From Paraspadella gotoi (taxonomy: Eukaryota > Animalia > Chaetognatha): a stretch of 64,000 bases of DNA. Both the position numbers and the translations under genes were made by a program. Below the pieces are notes generated by a model. The model had not been told where the DNA came from, did not search any database, and was given only the letters and a program-made list of their open reading frames with translations. Shown piece by piece: positions 27,114-39,940 of the stretch (position 1 is its first letter; each line of letters begins with the position of its first letter). The stretch is taken from contig CM119266.1 in NCBI GenBank assembly GCA_051294375.1, positions 2,969,812 to 3,033,811 of the forward strand, written 5' to 3'.

Positions 27114-27350
27114 TATAATAAATGGGAGATGTGAGTAATGAAAGCACGAAGCTAAGCGCAAAGTTCCTAGACAACAAATGGACAACAACATAGGTAAACA
27201 TCCAAAACAACAAACATCGACAATCTAGCGGGAAAAACATTGATTAATGATTGTCGTTAATTATTTAATTAACGTCGTTACGTTTCTCAGTTCCTAATTA
27301 GAGAAAATCGTGGCGTCGGATTGAAGTCCGATTGGAAATTTTTTCTCTTC

Positions 27351-28151
27351 AGGTTATAGACTTGCAGTTAGTCTTGGCCCTGGAACTAGGCATTGTATAA
27401 AAGAATACTGATAAATTCTGTCTTGGACTTGAATGGCTTTGAATGGCTTGAGGTTATAGACTTGCAGTTAGTCTTGGCCCTGCAACTTGGCATTTGTATT
27501 AAAAGAATACTTGATAAATTCTGTCTTGGACTTGAATGGCTTTGAATGGCTTGAGGTTATAGACTTGCAGTTAGTCTTGGCCCTGGAACTAGGCATTTGT
27601 ATTAAAAGAATACTTGATAAATTCTGTCTTGGACTTGAATGGCTTTGAATGGCTTGAGGTTATAGACTTGCAGTTAGTCTTGGCCCTGGAACTAGGCATT
27701 TTATTAAAAGAATACTTGATAAATTCTGTCTTGGACTTGAATGGCTTTGAATGGCTTGAGGTTATAGACTTGCAGTTAGTCTTGGCCCTGGAACTAAGGC
27801 ATTTGTATTAAAAGAATACTTGATTAATTCTGTCTTGGACTTGAATGGCTTTGAATGGCTTGAGGTTATAGACTTGCAGTTAGTCTTGGCCCTGGAACTA
27901 GGCATTTGTATATAAAAGAATACTTTGATAAATTCTGTCTTGGACTTGAATGGCTTTGAATGGCTTGAGGTTATAGACTTGCAGTTAGTCTTGGCCCTGG
28001 AACTAGGCATTTGTATTAAAGAATACTTGATAAATTCTGTCTTGGACTTGAATGGCTTTGAATGGCTTGAGGTTATAGACTTGCAGTTAGTCTTGGCCCT
28101 GAAATAGGCATTGTATAAAAGGAATACTTGATAAATTCTGTCTTGGACTTG
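27351..28151. repeat. About 102-bp tandem satellite, about 8 highly similar copies
   Basis: Unit aggttatagacttgcagttagtcttggccctggaactaggcatttgtattaaaagaatacttgataaattctgtcttggacttgaatggctttgaatggcttg. Confidence 0.97.
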
Positions 28152-28191
28152 GTGTTTATCTTGAATGGCTTTGGTCTTTGGTCTTGGCGAG

Positions 28192-28470
28192 TACTCGCTG
28201 AGCAACTCTATAAGTCACTTTTTGGTCGGTTGGTCCGTCGGTATGTCTGTCTATCTTACGTTAAAAATGCTCAAAACTTGCATATAGTTGGTTGCTCATT
28301 TGTTAAGACAGGAAAAACCTCAAATCTAAGGGACTGCTAGCGCCGCCTTCAGGAAATAAAAGACAAAATACAAAAGACAAAATTCCTATGCGATGCTTGT
28401 CACAAATACACAGGGTAAGAAAGTTATGGTAGTCATGTAGTCATGAACCCCTTCTGGCCTTGGTCTTGTA
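28192..28470 (+). mobile_element. HINE/DINE-1-like element, family 1
   Basis: Homologous to the reverse complement of 46520-46812 (shared ctcaaatctaagggactgctagcgcc core) and to the fragment at 17395-17475; GTCG/GTCT microsatellite near the 5' end. Confidence 0.65.
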
Positions 28471-30320
28471 CTAACGTTGTCTAAGGTTTTTGACCCCATA
28501 TTACTCTTAGTCTTCCCGTTTGAATTTAGTTCCTTCCATCGCTTATCATCAACTCGAACGTCAAAGTTTAAGAAGTTCGAGTTGAAAGAGCGCGGGTTTC
28601 ACGGCGCCGTTCTGTCGGGAGAGTCGGTTCCACCGCGCCGCTTTGTCGAGAGAGCAGGTTCCATGGCGCTGTTCTGTCAAGAGAGCCGGTACCATAGCAC
28701 AGTTCTCTAAGTGGGCGAAATCCCCAAATTCCGATTCTATTTTCGTCGCCAGAATTATTACGTCGGCGTCGACAGCGTCAGAGGATTTCGGCGCCATGAC
28801 GGGTTGGCGGTTGGCGTGACAGTCTTTGGCGTAACAGAGATTGGCGTGCCAGTAATTGCAGTGACGGTGGTTGGCCTGACATTAGATGGCGTCACAGAAG
28901 CTGACCATCAACAATAACAAGAATTTCGGCTTCTTTATTTTACATCACGGAATTAAGTAAATAAGTAAATAAATCCCTCAAAGAAATAATAATAAAATCC
29001 TCATAAGATTAACAAAAACATAACATAGCGATATGTAAAAAAAAATGAAGAGTAGATTTAACTGAATTTGTGGAGTAAATGATCTCTGGGATGAAGTGAA
29101 GTAAATTAGTGGAGTGAATTAATCCAAGAAGTTAGAACTCTGAGCGAGAAACATCCGAAACTTTCAGATTCGACGATAAAGATCGAATTCGAAAAATCCC
29201 GCCGCGGGGGAGAAAAAACTGGACAGAAAAAATAGAGATTAGAGTGAATACACTTATAATTCAGAGAAGAAACACAGGGCGATTCGGTACTGGGTGGTTG
29301 GAAACGAAACTTGGTTAGATTTTTTTGAATTAATATAAACAAAGTGTCTATTTCGACTTATAAATAAAGAAAAAGAGAGAGAAGTTTAAGAGTTTCGAGC
29401 GCTTTTTTATAAACAGAAAAAATAAAAAGTTGTATTCGATGTTTTTATTAATGTTTACTAATTTCTGGGATAAATACTCTCATTTTTTCTTTTAAATTAC
29501 ACTTTTGATGATTACTTATTTTTTGACAATAATCCAGCTTTTTTAAAGCTAAACCGACCTCATAAGCTGCAATCATTGCCATTAACATTTAGACTATCCT
29601 CTTCTCAGGAAGTTTCGACTTAGTAGGATAAATATCAGGGAATCAACTTTATTCAATATTCTTTTAAATTCGTAATCATGAAGATGATTTCCAATTTATT
29701 AAAAAATTATTTTCAGTTAATTTTTTTTAGCTGGAAGTTTTCTGTTCGCTAACGTTTCGGTCCCGAATTCGTAAACCGAGTTCACCGAACAACTGTGAAG
29801 TTAATTAGTCACGCTCGTGTCCTAAAATTTGTTAAAACTAAACATCTCAAACGTATTGAATCGAAAGCTTGAGTTCTTATCGTTGGAATGTAACGTATTT
29901 CTGGGGAAACATTTTTTTTTCACCAGCTGTGAATAAATGAGCGAGAATATTTTTTAGGGGTGAAAATGTACGGAAGCGTGAAAGTCAATCACCGACTGTG
30001 AAAAAAAGCTTAACTTTATATATATTTATGTACATTTTTACATGTTTTTAAACGAAGCGGCTGAAAAAAAAAATTAACGATGTCGCTCCATCGCGGTTTT
30101 AATGACATCGAAAATCATCAGACTCGAAAAATCATCAGTGATACCATCACCCAAATTTATTTTCTTCTTCGAAAAGCGAAAAAAGAGTAAAATTCTAGAA
30201 TTAACTTTTTAACAAAATTTTTTAAAAATTTACTCGCGAGTTAAAATTGATAATTTTCTTTCGTTCGAAGAAAGTCGGGGAGAGAGGAAAATTAGAGAGA
30301 GAGAGGAGAGAGAAGGAGAG

Positions 30321-30382
<62 letters not shown>

Positions 30383-31367
30383 AGAGAGGAGAAGGAGAGA
30401 AGACAGAGAGAGAGACAGAGAGAGAACGAACCGGCAGCTGTAAAAAATGAAATAAACTCTAGAAGATGAATTTGACAAGATGGAAAATACGAAGAGGTCG
30501 ATATAACGGTCGAGGAAGACGACGATGACGACGACGAAGACGATGACGAAGACGACGATGACGAAGACGACGATGACGACGACGACGATGATGTTTGGGC
30601 GAAAGCAGACGAAAAGGGGAATGTTTACCATTTGGAAATTGGGAATTTAAAAAGAACCGCGCGCTGACAGAGAAGACCCCCGGCCCTCCTCTCCTCGTGG
30701 CCCCAGTTCCGCCCCGGGCCGCCCTCCCCTTCCAGCGGGCAAAACGAGCCCATTCTTGGAATCTGAAAATAATGAGGCCGAAAGGGAAGTTCACAATGGC
30801 TTTTTCACAATGGCTTTCACAATGGCTTTACTCTCGTAATAGTTTTTTTTTTTCCGACCCAAAATTTCCCATAAAAAATCCCATAATGTGACACCTGAGC
30901 TTTTTTACCCCAAAGTCTTTTCAAAATACACTTTTAAACAATCCCTTATTTTTTTTCCATCGCTAAAGCACTTTTAAGACTTAAAAATAACCTTTTTTTC
31001 TCCCCGGCTGAGCCTCTAGGACGCCATAAGCTTTCCCCACGCGCACCATATTTCTTTATAATTCGCCGCTCACATCGTAATCCTTTCTCAACGGGGAGTG
31101 TTGTATTCTTAGCTAAAGCTTAAATAAAATTTAAAATAAAGTCTGGTTGTACTATTCATGAGATTATAATGAAGATCTTTCCTAACGGCAAAAGTGTTTA
31201 CAAACCGCCAGCCCCCTCTTCCGATGAAAAAGTTAGGCCCAACTCTCACCGGGCTATCATTTTTTTTAAACATTTTTTTTTTATTCCTTGATGTTTTTTT
31301 CTTTCGTATCAGGAGAAGTAAACATAAAATTGGGGATAAGTCACGGACCGCGCATCACTTTCGGAGG

Positions 31368-31457
<90 letters not shown>

Positions 31458-31763
31458 CTTAGTCCGAAGCCATTTTTAATCTTCTTTCAAACTCCAAAAT
31501 CTGTTTCCCTCCCAAATTCAAACGAATTCTAGACAAAAAGCCGTTGTTGCTTTATTTTTTCTTAGACCATTGGACCCGAAAATGACTGGTCACTTTTTTA
31601 TGGAAAGTTTGCTTTTTTTCCGGGGATTATTTTCTGATAAGTCGACGACGAAGACGAAAACGACGGCAACGACAATGATGACGACGACGACGACGATAAC
31701 AACGACAACGAAAATGACGATGAGGACAACGACGATGACGACGACGATGACGATAACGACGAC

Positions 31764-31796
<33 letters not shown>

Positions 31797-33546
31797 CGAT
31801 GGCACGGACTCACGAGAAATCCCTTCGAGTCAGAAACGAATCACCCACTCAGATAGAGAGCGAGAGTGTGAGAGAGTGAGAGAATCTCATCCACGAAGAG
31901 AACAGAAACCCACCCACGGATAAGTCATCCCAATGCTCGATGCCCCACTCACAAGTTCGTAATACGGTCCAAAAAGGCCAATGACCAAACGCCAAAGGCC
32001 AAAGGCTCAAGGCCAATTCCAAGGATCAAATCAAAGGTTAAGCGAGAATTTACTTTTCAACTCGTGAAGATGGAACTACTATTGAGCTATTTCATCCAGA
32101 AAGCCCAAACTCGATCGCCTCAAGCCCAAACTCTGACTCATCAAACCCAAACACGATCGCCTCAAGCCCAAACTCAAACTCGACCTCAACTGAATTCTTG
32201 AATCCAGTGAAAACGGTCACGTTTCGCCCACGAGAAATATCAACGCGGTCTCAAGCCGCCATTGACGCCGCCATTGACGCCGCCGCTGACGCCCCCGCGG
32301 ACGCCGCTGCTGACACCGCCGCTGACGCCGCCGCTGACGCCGCCGCTAACTCCGCCGACGAGGTCAGAATATCGGCGTCGTCCAAGCGAAAAAGGGAAAG
32401 ACGTGCGAAATGCGAAAAAAGAGAAACAAAAGGAAAGATGGAAAATACGAGGCGAAAAAAGAAAGAGAGAAATCGCGACGTTGTCTCTATTAGCTATTTT
32501 TCTATTATATGATTATATCATTAAATGATCAAAGGAGAAAGACAACCTCATCTAATCATGCATTTTAGGTTATCAATAAATAAGACCGGTAATTCCAATG
32601 TGCTGCACCACAGTAACTTTCTTCGACACATGCACAGCATTTGAATTTCGTCCTTTATGAAATTGGTACAACCAATATAAAAATTATCCATTCATTTAAT
32701 AAATAAGCTATCTTGCCCATGACTTTGGACAGGCTTTGGCGGTTTAAGGCCTCCATCATTCTTACAAGATAATGACATAGCAGGTCCCTGCAAGATTTCA
32801 ATCAAGACTCTCTCACAGTCTCGTTTATTCACTCCCAGAGTACCTGGCTTCCTTATCAATGAAGTGGAAAATATTTTAAAGAATGTTTTAATAGTACGAA
32901 AAGACTTAAGTATTAGATTATTAAGTATTAAGTATTATAGGATTTATATAAAAATAAAAGCAGTCAATTAGATTTTAATTTCTTTCAGTGTCAGTAAATA
33001 TTAATTTAAATGACGCGATTATATGACTAAACATTAACATTAAACAAGTAAACATTAACATTAAACAAGTAAACATTAACAGTAAACAAGTATGATACAA
33101 ATTCACATTTAACGTCCCATGTTATTATACCTTCCTTCCAAATATGAACTTAATTAATACATTATTACCCAAGTTATGAGCCTTTAAAACATCAGTAAGA
33201 CAGACGAACAGACAGAAATATCGACCGACAACCAGAGTGTGTCATCGAGCTGCTCCTCGAGAGGTGAATGCATCCTGTGGCAATCGCCAGGGGCATTGGA
33301 CAATGGACATTGTCCAATTGTCTAATAGACAACTTTGCTCAAAAAAGGAATTCAATAATGTCGTCGGAAACAGGATCTTAATTTTTTTTTTCTTTCGCTA
33401 AAGTACTATATTTATCAATTTTCTTCTCTTTTTTTTTCTTCCCCCCGCTACTCGTACATGTGATTTATATGATTAAACCTTTTTTCGTAACAATTTTAAC
33501 TTTTTGAATTCGTGAATTTCCTTTCGTTTCGTTGTGTTTTGAATTT

Positions 33547-33721
33547 GTAGAAGACGTGTGAAATTGGTTTCAACAACGATTTTTATTGTAACAAGAAGTA
33601 CATATTTACATTTTTTTTTCAATTTTGACGCTGATGAAGGCTTGTATATCTCTAAGCCGAAACATGTACGTCTTGTTACAATAAAAATCGTTGTTGAAAC
33701 CAAATTTCAAACGTCTTCTAC
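33547..33721. mobile_element. Penelope-like element pLTR remnant with an inverted tail (57-bp arms 33547-33603 and 33664-33721)
   Basis: Near-perfect inverted repeat surrounding and overlapping a minimal hammerhead followed by AATAAA. This arrangement is typical of Penelope-like pLTRs. Confidence 0.65.
33627..33672 (+). ncRNA. Minimal type-I hammerhead ribozyme
   Basis: Stem I GACG/CGTC; core CTGATGA; stem II GGCTT-gtatatctct-AAGCC; GAAA; palindromic mini stem III (ACATGT); GUA cleavage triplet ending at 33668. Confidence 0.85.
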
Positions 33722-34768
33722 TAACTTTTTGAATTGAATTCTTTACCTTAAGACTAAAGGATAGACAGATACATAGAAGGACATACGGATCGACGGAAAG
33801 GGTTTTCCTGAGTCGCATCGCGTCGCGTTTAAAAATGGGTAAGATATGATGAAGGCATTCTAACCCGGCAATGATTGTCCAAAATCAAGAGGCAAAGTTT
33901 CTTGTGTGAATGAACGAATAGATGAATATTTCCCATATTGTCTGAACCGATTTCATCCTTATGGAGAGAGTGTGCGAGACTATGCGGTTGCCCGGGATCG
34001 TTGAGGAAAAATAAATTTATTCATCGAATGGGGTTCTCGTTTGATGCGTTGTTCTGTCTTACTCGGGCTTTGTTATTAACTTGCGTCATCGAGTTACAAC
34101 ATTAATTTTGTAGGATAGAATAGCGTAATTAGTGTTAGTGGTAGTTTTCTTGTCTAATTCCCGGGAAAAAAAAAACGTTCAGAAATAAGAATTAAAAAAA
34201 CAAATTTGTTTACTTGGTATCTTTTTTCGCTCGATGTAAATTCCTTCTGGTTTTTTTCGTCTCATTTTCTCATCTGGAAAAGATTTTATTTCAGAGATAA
34301 TAGGAAATAGATTATTACACATTATTACACTATTGATAATTTAAGTATTATTAGATAAAAATAAAGTTTTGGGTTCGTTTTATCCACCATGAACGGAGAC
34401 GACTTTCGAAACTCTATCCGTTAACTAAAAAACTTAATTATTTAAGGATTTAAATATTTCAAACTTTTGATTTAATGATTTGTTGAAATAGACCTGCGAC
34501 TACCATTTATAAATAACTTCTTGTTTAGTTAATTTGCTAAGAAAGGAATTTGGCGAAGAAGCGACAAAACAATGGAAATAGAGACCAATGAAGAAAAATG
34601 TTTTCCTCTTCCAAATGAAATTGTTTGAAAATAATATCTATTTCATTCTATCATTGTTTAAATATTTATGGGTATTATGGTGTTATTTACTCTTACGGGA
34701 AACAAATAATAAATTCAGGAACGTAAAAAGAAACCAAAAATATACTTGATAAATGAATAAATAACAGA

Positions 34769-35023
34769 AGATGTGGCGGTATATTCACACCGCCTCACGT
34801 CCACCATCCTTCAGCCAAATCCATTGGCTCAGAGGGGGAACACACCATCCCAGGCGTAGTGTTCCATCCACAGTCGACTTCCATCTGTGTTGGCAAAGCG
34901 AGCCCGTCCTCGGGTAACCTCGCCAGTGACTGGAGGCGTCACTGAGGGTCGGAAGCCCCCAGAGCCAACAGTGAGATGCCCCATCCCAATGGGCATCACA
35001 GGCAACCTGGCTTTTGCCATAAA
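34769..35023 (+). mobile_element. Structured SINE-like element with a Pol III-like head and a degenerate type-P5 twister fold (34888-34970)
   Basis: A-box-like TGGCTCAGAGG near 34825; at least seven helices; TAA-CCTC-GC, P3 CAGTGAC/GTCACTG, P4 GGG-TCGGAAGC-CCC, closing helix TGTTGGC/GCCAACA; the 3' end recurs at 43201-43266. Confidence 0.7.
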
Positions 35024-35382
35024 GGATAAAAAAAAGAAATGAAATTAAAAAAGACCAGAAACAAGAGTCTGTCTGTCTGATTTCCTTTTTCTTTCTTTCT
35101 CTCTCTCTCTCACCCTTTCATTACCCCTCTCACTCTTTCTCCCCCTCTCTTTCTTTCTCTCTCTATTTTTTCCACCCTCTTTCATTCTCCCTCCCTCTCT
35201 CTCTCTCTCCCTTTCACTACCCCTCTCACTCTTTCTCCCCCTCTCTTTCTTTCTCTCTCTTTTTTTCCTCCCTCTTTCTTTCTCCCTCCCTCTCTATTTC
35301 TCTCTCTCTGAAAATTTCTCTCTCTGCGGAAACGTACACAAACAGCTGGAGTTGAGAGATGTGACTTAACCAACCATAGGGG

Positions 35383-35469
<87 letters not shown>

Positions 35470-36109
35470 CCATTCAATCCTGGTAAGTGTCACCCGACAA
35501 CTAAATTAGTATCGTTGAGGGGAAGCGGTCATAGACAGAGAGAGAAGCCGACAATAGGTTGCATCAAAGCCGACATTGGCGGTTCATTGAAGCCGAAAAC
35601 TGAACAGACCCTTTTGTTAAAAAAAACAAGAAGCCCATCCTTTTCAAGTTGCTCAACGTTTCTTAAAAAGGAAGCCATAGAAAAGACCTTAAAGGACAGA
35701 TTGATATTATTGTGATCCTTAGAAATGAAGAACTTAGGTTAAGCTGACAAAAAGCAAAGGATGAAAATGTAGATGATAATATATTGATTATGAGCATGAT
35801 GAGAGTTTAATATCACTGATGATTATAAAGATAATGATGGAGATTCACAAAAAATAGGTAAAATAAATATTGAAAAAAATAAAAATAAAATTAATTTTTA
35901 ATGTTGAAGGCACAATTGCTGAGATTTTTACAGAGAAATACAATCAAAATATCACTGCTTTATATTTTTTTTTCTACAGAAAAAAAATTGAGAGTAAATC
36001 GCAAGCAAAAAGAATGAAAAAAAGGAAGTATATCTAGCGGAGACTAATATAATGTAATGGGGGAAAAAAAAGGGACACAAGCCACACTTGAGCCGAGCCG
36101 CAGCTAACG

Positions 36110-36211
<102 letters not shown>

Positions 36212-36389
36212 CTCTTTAGCTAAAAATAGTTCAGCGTTTTTCGCGAATATTAAAGATCGACTCGGGGGAAGTGTGAGACCTTGCCCGCGTTGTCATATAT
36301 CGCGTCAATTTATATTTCGCCATACTAGTACATGGTGACACTTTTACAAGCGCCGGTAAAAAACGCTGTCATTTGCAAACCCACGAAGA

Positions 36390-36510
36390 TTTTCAGTCGA
36401 ATTTGCTTAACGCGGATTCCGACTCTTTGTCGGTCCACCCCCCCAATCTTGTCGGGCCTTCACTTAGATCATGTCAGAACATCAAATTATGATGAATTTA
36501 AAAAAAAACC
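36390..36510 (+). mobile_element. HINE-like family 2, 5' fragment
   Basis: Matches 38650-38790 and the reverse complement of 13830-13961. Confidence 0.6.
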
Positions 36511-36737
36511 GTCATAAAATCTCTTTAGCGGACTAAATGTCATCTACATTTAAAAAGATTAAACGAATATTATCTTCTCGGTCTCTCAGTTCGATCAAAA
36601 TACGTTGCTTACATCTGCTGCAATCTGCAATGCTCATTGGCCGCCTCCCAGTTTTTAACCAGAACCTCTAAGCTCACGACTCCCAATTAAAGACCGGAAG
36701 CTGGCGCGAGACTAACGGCCCGGAGCCGACGACGCCT

Positions 36738-36793
<56 letters not shown>

Positions 36794-37420
36794 TAAATTA
36801 GAAATTCGAATTCTGTCGGTGACAAAAACCGCATTGGTGAAGAAGAATAAAATTTTTAATTTCATCCATTAATTTATTTGATCGGTTTTAATTTGTTCAC
36901 GTGATAAAATGAGGTAATAAAATTTCAAAATGTCGTCGCTTTTCATTTCTTTAGACATTTTTTCAATCCGCTGCTTTTACTCTTTCTCGTGATTTTTAAC
37001 GTTTGTCTAAGATTGAAAACATTCAGAAAACATTTCATGTACAAAAGAATATATTCAGGTAAATTGTTATTAAACATTTTAATTAGTTCGAACGTCGGCG
37101 ACGACAACAACAAAAACCAAAAAGAGGACAACAACGACAGACACAAAAAAAGAAAAGAAATCAGTATTTCGATATGAAACTTGTTAAACAATTATAATTG
37201 AATTTCAGCGCAATAATCTTCTATTTATCTCCTCATTTTTTTGTCTCGTTGGCGACATTCGATTCGTCATGATTTTCGAAACATTTATTTCGAGTTAAAA
37301 ATGAGAAAATTGTAAAAAAAATGAAACGAAATTTCGCGCAAAAAAAAAACAAAAAACGGAAGAATAAAAATCGTTAAACGTGACTACGATTCGTTGGCGG
37401 AATGAAAGGTTGTGGGAAAA

Positions 37421-37499
<79 letters not shown>

Positions 37500-37601
37500 T
37501 TTTTACAGGGATTTTTTACAAGTAACTTTTTCCAGATTGATCTGATTACGATAAAAACGGGCGCCCGTAATGGCGACGACGACGACGACGACGAGGAAAA
37601 C

Positions 37602-37668
<67 letters not shown>

Positions 37669-37748
37669 AAGACGACGAAGATCAACGCGAAGAAAAAAAA
37701 ATTATTCGAAGCCCAAAAAGTGAGAAAGGCTGCCTTTGTTTTTTCGGA

Positions 37749-37897
37749 TCAGGTGTGAAACGCCGTGTCAGGCGTGACACGCCGACCATTTGGAACGTGG
37801 CAGGAGTAGGTTAAAGATGGCGTTGGTTCTGGCGCGGATGGGATTAAGGTGCTGGGGCGTGGTTGGGTATTTGGGGGCAGGGGGGGTGGAGAATAGA
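37749..37897 (-). CDS. Orphan terminal exon candidate (YSPPPLPPNTQPRPSTLIPSAPEPTPSLTYSCHVPNGRRVTPDTAFHT*)
   Basis: GC-rich open frame after the first AG following a long AG-free stretch; no family recognised. Confidence 0.3.
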
Positions 37898-37974
37898 CTT
37901 GGCGCCCACGTGACGTCGTGACCGGGTTTCGTGATTTATGGAGGCGAGGCCGTGAGAGGGCGATGGTAATGGAT

Positions 37975-38163
37975 GGCAAAGTATGGCAGGAGGTGGGCAA
38001 AGTATGGCAGGAGATGGGCAAAGTATGGTAGGAGGTGGGCAAAGTATGGCAGGTGGTGGGCAAAGTATGGCAGGAGGTGGGCAAAGTATGGCAGGAGGTG
38101 GGCAAAGTATGGCAGGAGGTGGGCAAAGTATGGCAGGAGGTAGGCAAAGTATGGCAGGAGGTG
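37975..38163. repeat. 21-bp minisatellite (ggcaaagtatggcaggaggtg), about 9 copies
   Basis: Direct inspection. Confidence 0.95.
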
Positions 38164-38383
38164 GGGAGTATTATTAAAAGATACAACTCTGATCTTCTTC
38201 CTCGCTAAGTGACTTAATTTTTGATCTGATTTTATCTGGAGTTAATTTTATTAGCATTAGTATTGAAGCTTAAGTAAGCTTAAAATATTTTATTGATTCC
38301 TAAAAAAATTGTTTCTCTTTGTCGTACGGTCTGTCTGTCCGTCTCTCTCTTTCTTTTTTTCTCTCTTTCTTTCATTCTTTCAT

Positions 38384-38471
<88 letters not shown>

Positions 38472-38521
38472 TCATTCTCTCTCTCTATCTCTTTCTTTCT
38501 TTCTTTCGTTCTTTCTTTCTT

Positions 38522-38554
<33 letters not shown>

Positions 38555-38649
38555 TTTTCTTTCTCTCTCTTTCTCTCTCTCTCTTCTTATCCACACCGTC
38601 GACTTCAGTGAGACGAGGTTGCGATCTCGATTATTAAAGATGACTTCTG

Positions 38650-38985
38650 TTTTTAGCCGAAATCTTCTTACAGCAGATCCCCACTCTATAATTCACTTTG
38701 TCGGTCCGTCGGTCCGCCCCCTCGATCTTGTCGGGCATTCACTTACATCATGTCAGAACATCGAATTATGATAAATTATGCAAAAAAAAAAAGATGTTCG
38801 TGATTAAGCTGGTAATCGAGTTTCGCTGGAATCGTCCGAGTGGAAATGAGTTAAAATGGACTATTTGAACGCCAATTACTCGTGAGTGATTGACTGGAAA
38901 TTTTGTTGGAAAGTGTGTGATTGAGAAGGAAATAAAGTTTCGATGGAAATGAGTTAAAATGGAAAAAAACAAAAAAATATATTTC
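38650..38985 (+). mobile_element. HINE-like family 2 copy
   Basis: Shares the 5' block and the ggaaagtgtgtgattgag block with 13670-13961. Confidence 0.65.
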
Positions 38986-39721
38986 ACTATTTGATTAAGC
39001 TTTGTTTATTTTTATATTAAATATAAATTCAAGCTGCATTAATAAACGGAACTTCAAGACAAATTACTTAAAATTAATTAATAATCGTTCTTTTTTCTGC
39101 AATGTTATAAGAATGAAAAAATGAAAAAATATAAAAATTTACTTCCCAACACTCTAATATGCTCCAACAATACTCCGTATATAATTTTATATATTATTCT
39201 AATTTACTTTATTTGTATTTATTTTTTTTCAAATTCAATTTTACTTTCTCTTTTTCCTAATAACATAATTCATAAGAAAGTCGACTTGAAAAACAAAAGG
39301 TTACCATCACCGTACACTCCGACATCTAGTATCTCAGTCAAGAAACAAAAATTCATTTTGTTTCGCTTGATTTGGAGCTCTTGAATTTAAACTTAACGAA
39401 ATGATTAAATTGACTCTCTTACACACACACACAAAAACCACGAAAAAAAGAGATTCGATCAGAAAACATGTGAATTGAAAACATTTCACGCGTGTAGAGA
39501 AATACCCAGCCTCTCCACTCATTTATAGATTGGTACAACCAATATAAAAATTTTTCAGACCCCGAGCCTCCCTGAAAGCCACCCTATTTAGTAATAACTT
39601 AACAATTATAAAGTTTGGGGTCCTTTGAAAAATAACACCTTATCCTACTACTAAAACAAATATTTCGTTTTGAAGAGACAGTGATAATTGTTATGTGTTA
39701 GGGACAGAATAGTTCAATATA

Positions 39722-39797
39722 AGCAGTCCCTGAGCTTCGGATCAGGCTGTAACACCATGTTACAGGCGGGTTAAGCGCCCCGTCCCTCTTAACTGCC
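39722..39797 (-). ncRNA. Type-P5 (circularly permuted) twister ribozyme
   Basis: Minus strand: P5 GGCAGTT, AA, P2' GAGG, GA, T1 CGG, short GGCGCT in place of P1, T^AA, P2 CCC, T2 GC, P3 CTGTAACA-TGG-TGTTACAG, P4 CCTGA-TCCGAAGC-TCAGG, P5' GACTGCT. Loop CCG pairs with CGG. P2 is one base short of a perfect CCTC. Confidence 0.8.
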
Positions 39798-39940
39798 AGA
39801 CGACCACCGGGTCAGAACCCCGGACCTTTGGGTTGGGAGGCGAATGACTTGCCTCCGCCCCATGAGCTTTTGCCGGGCTTCTCTAAGAGCACGGACCCTC
39901 GGCTTTCTGGAGGGAGTCTACCCCCCTATACGCCCCATCT
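39798..39940 (-). mobile_element. tRNA-like/Pol III head and leader of the twister-bearing element
   Basis: T-arm-like CCGGG-GTTCTGA-CCCGG preceded by aaggt and tcgcctcccaa (anticodon-loop-like); weak A box; the 5' motif AGATGGGGCGTATA resembles AGATGTGGCGGTATA at 34769. Confidence 0.55.

Noticed and set aside
30475-30668. Acidic ORF ending VWAKADEKGNVYHLEIGNLKRTAR*
   Set aside because: It is mostly (GAC/GAT)n microsatellite, has an in-frame stop just upstream and has no good acceptor.
32240-32365. Repeated PPLT / DAAA peptide ORFs
   Set aside because: This is a 12-bp GC-rich repeat open in several frames with no convincing splice context.
34895-34970. HDV-like ribozyme, SRP RNA or 7SK interpretation of the structured element
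   Set aside because: The TCCTCG loop is too short with no P1 partner for an HDV fold, and the SRP and 7SK hallmark motifs are missing. The twister register fits better.
36630-36740. Promoter-like cluster (ATTGG, CCGGAAG); similar short motifs near 20890-20925 and 63645
   Set aside because: Short motifs alone, with no linked first exon, are not enough support.
39868-39905. Second twister-like P4 (GGGTCCG...AAGCCCGG) upstream of the tRNA-like head
   Set aside because: It needs an 11-nt insertion in the loop and lacks UAA/P2/T1 partners.
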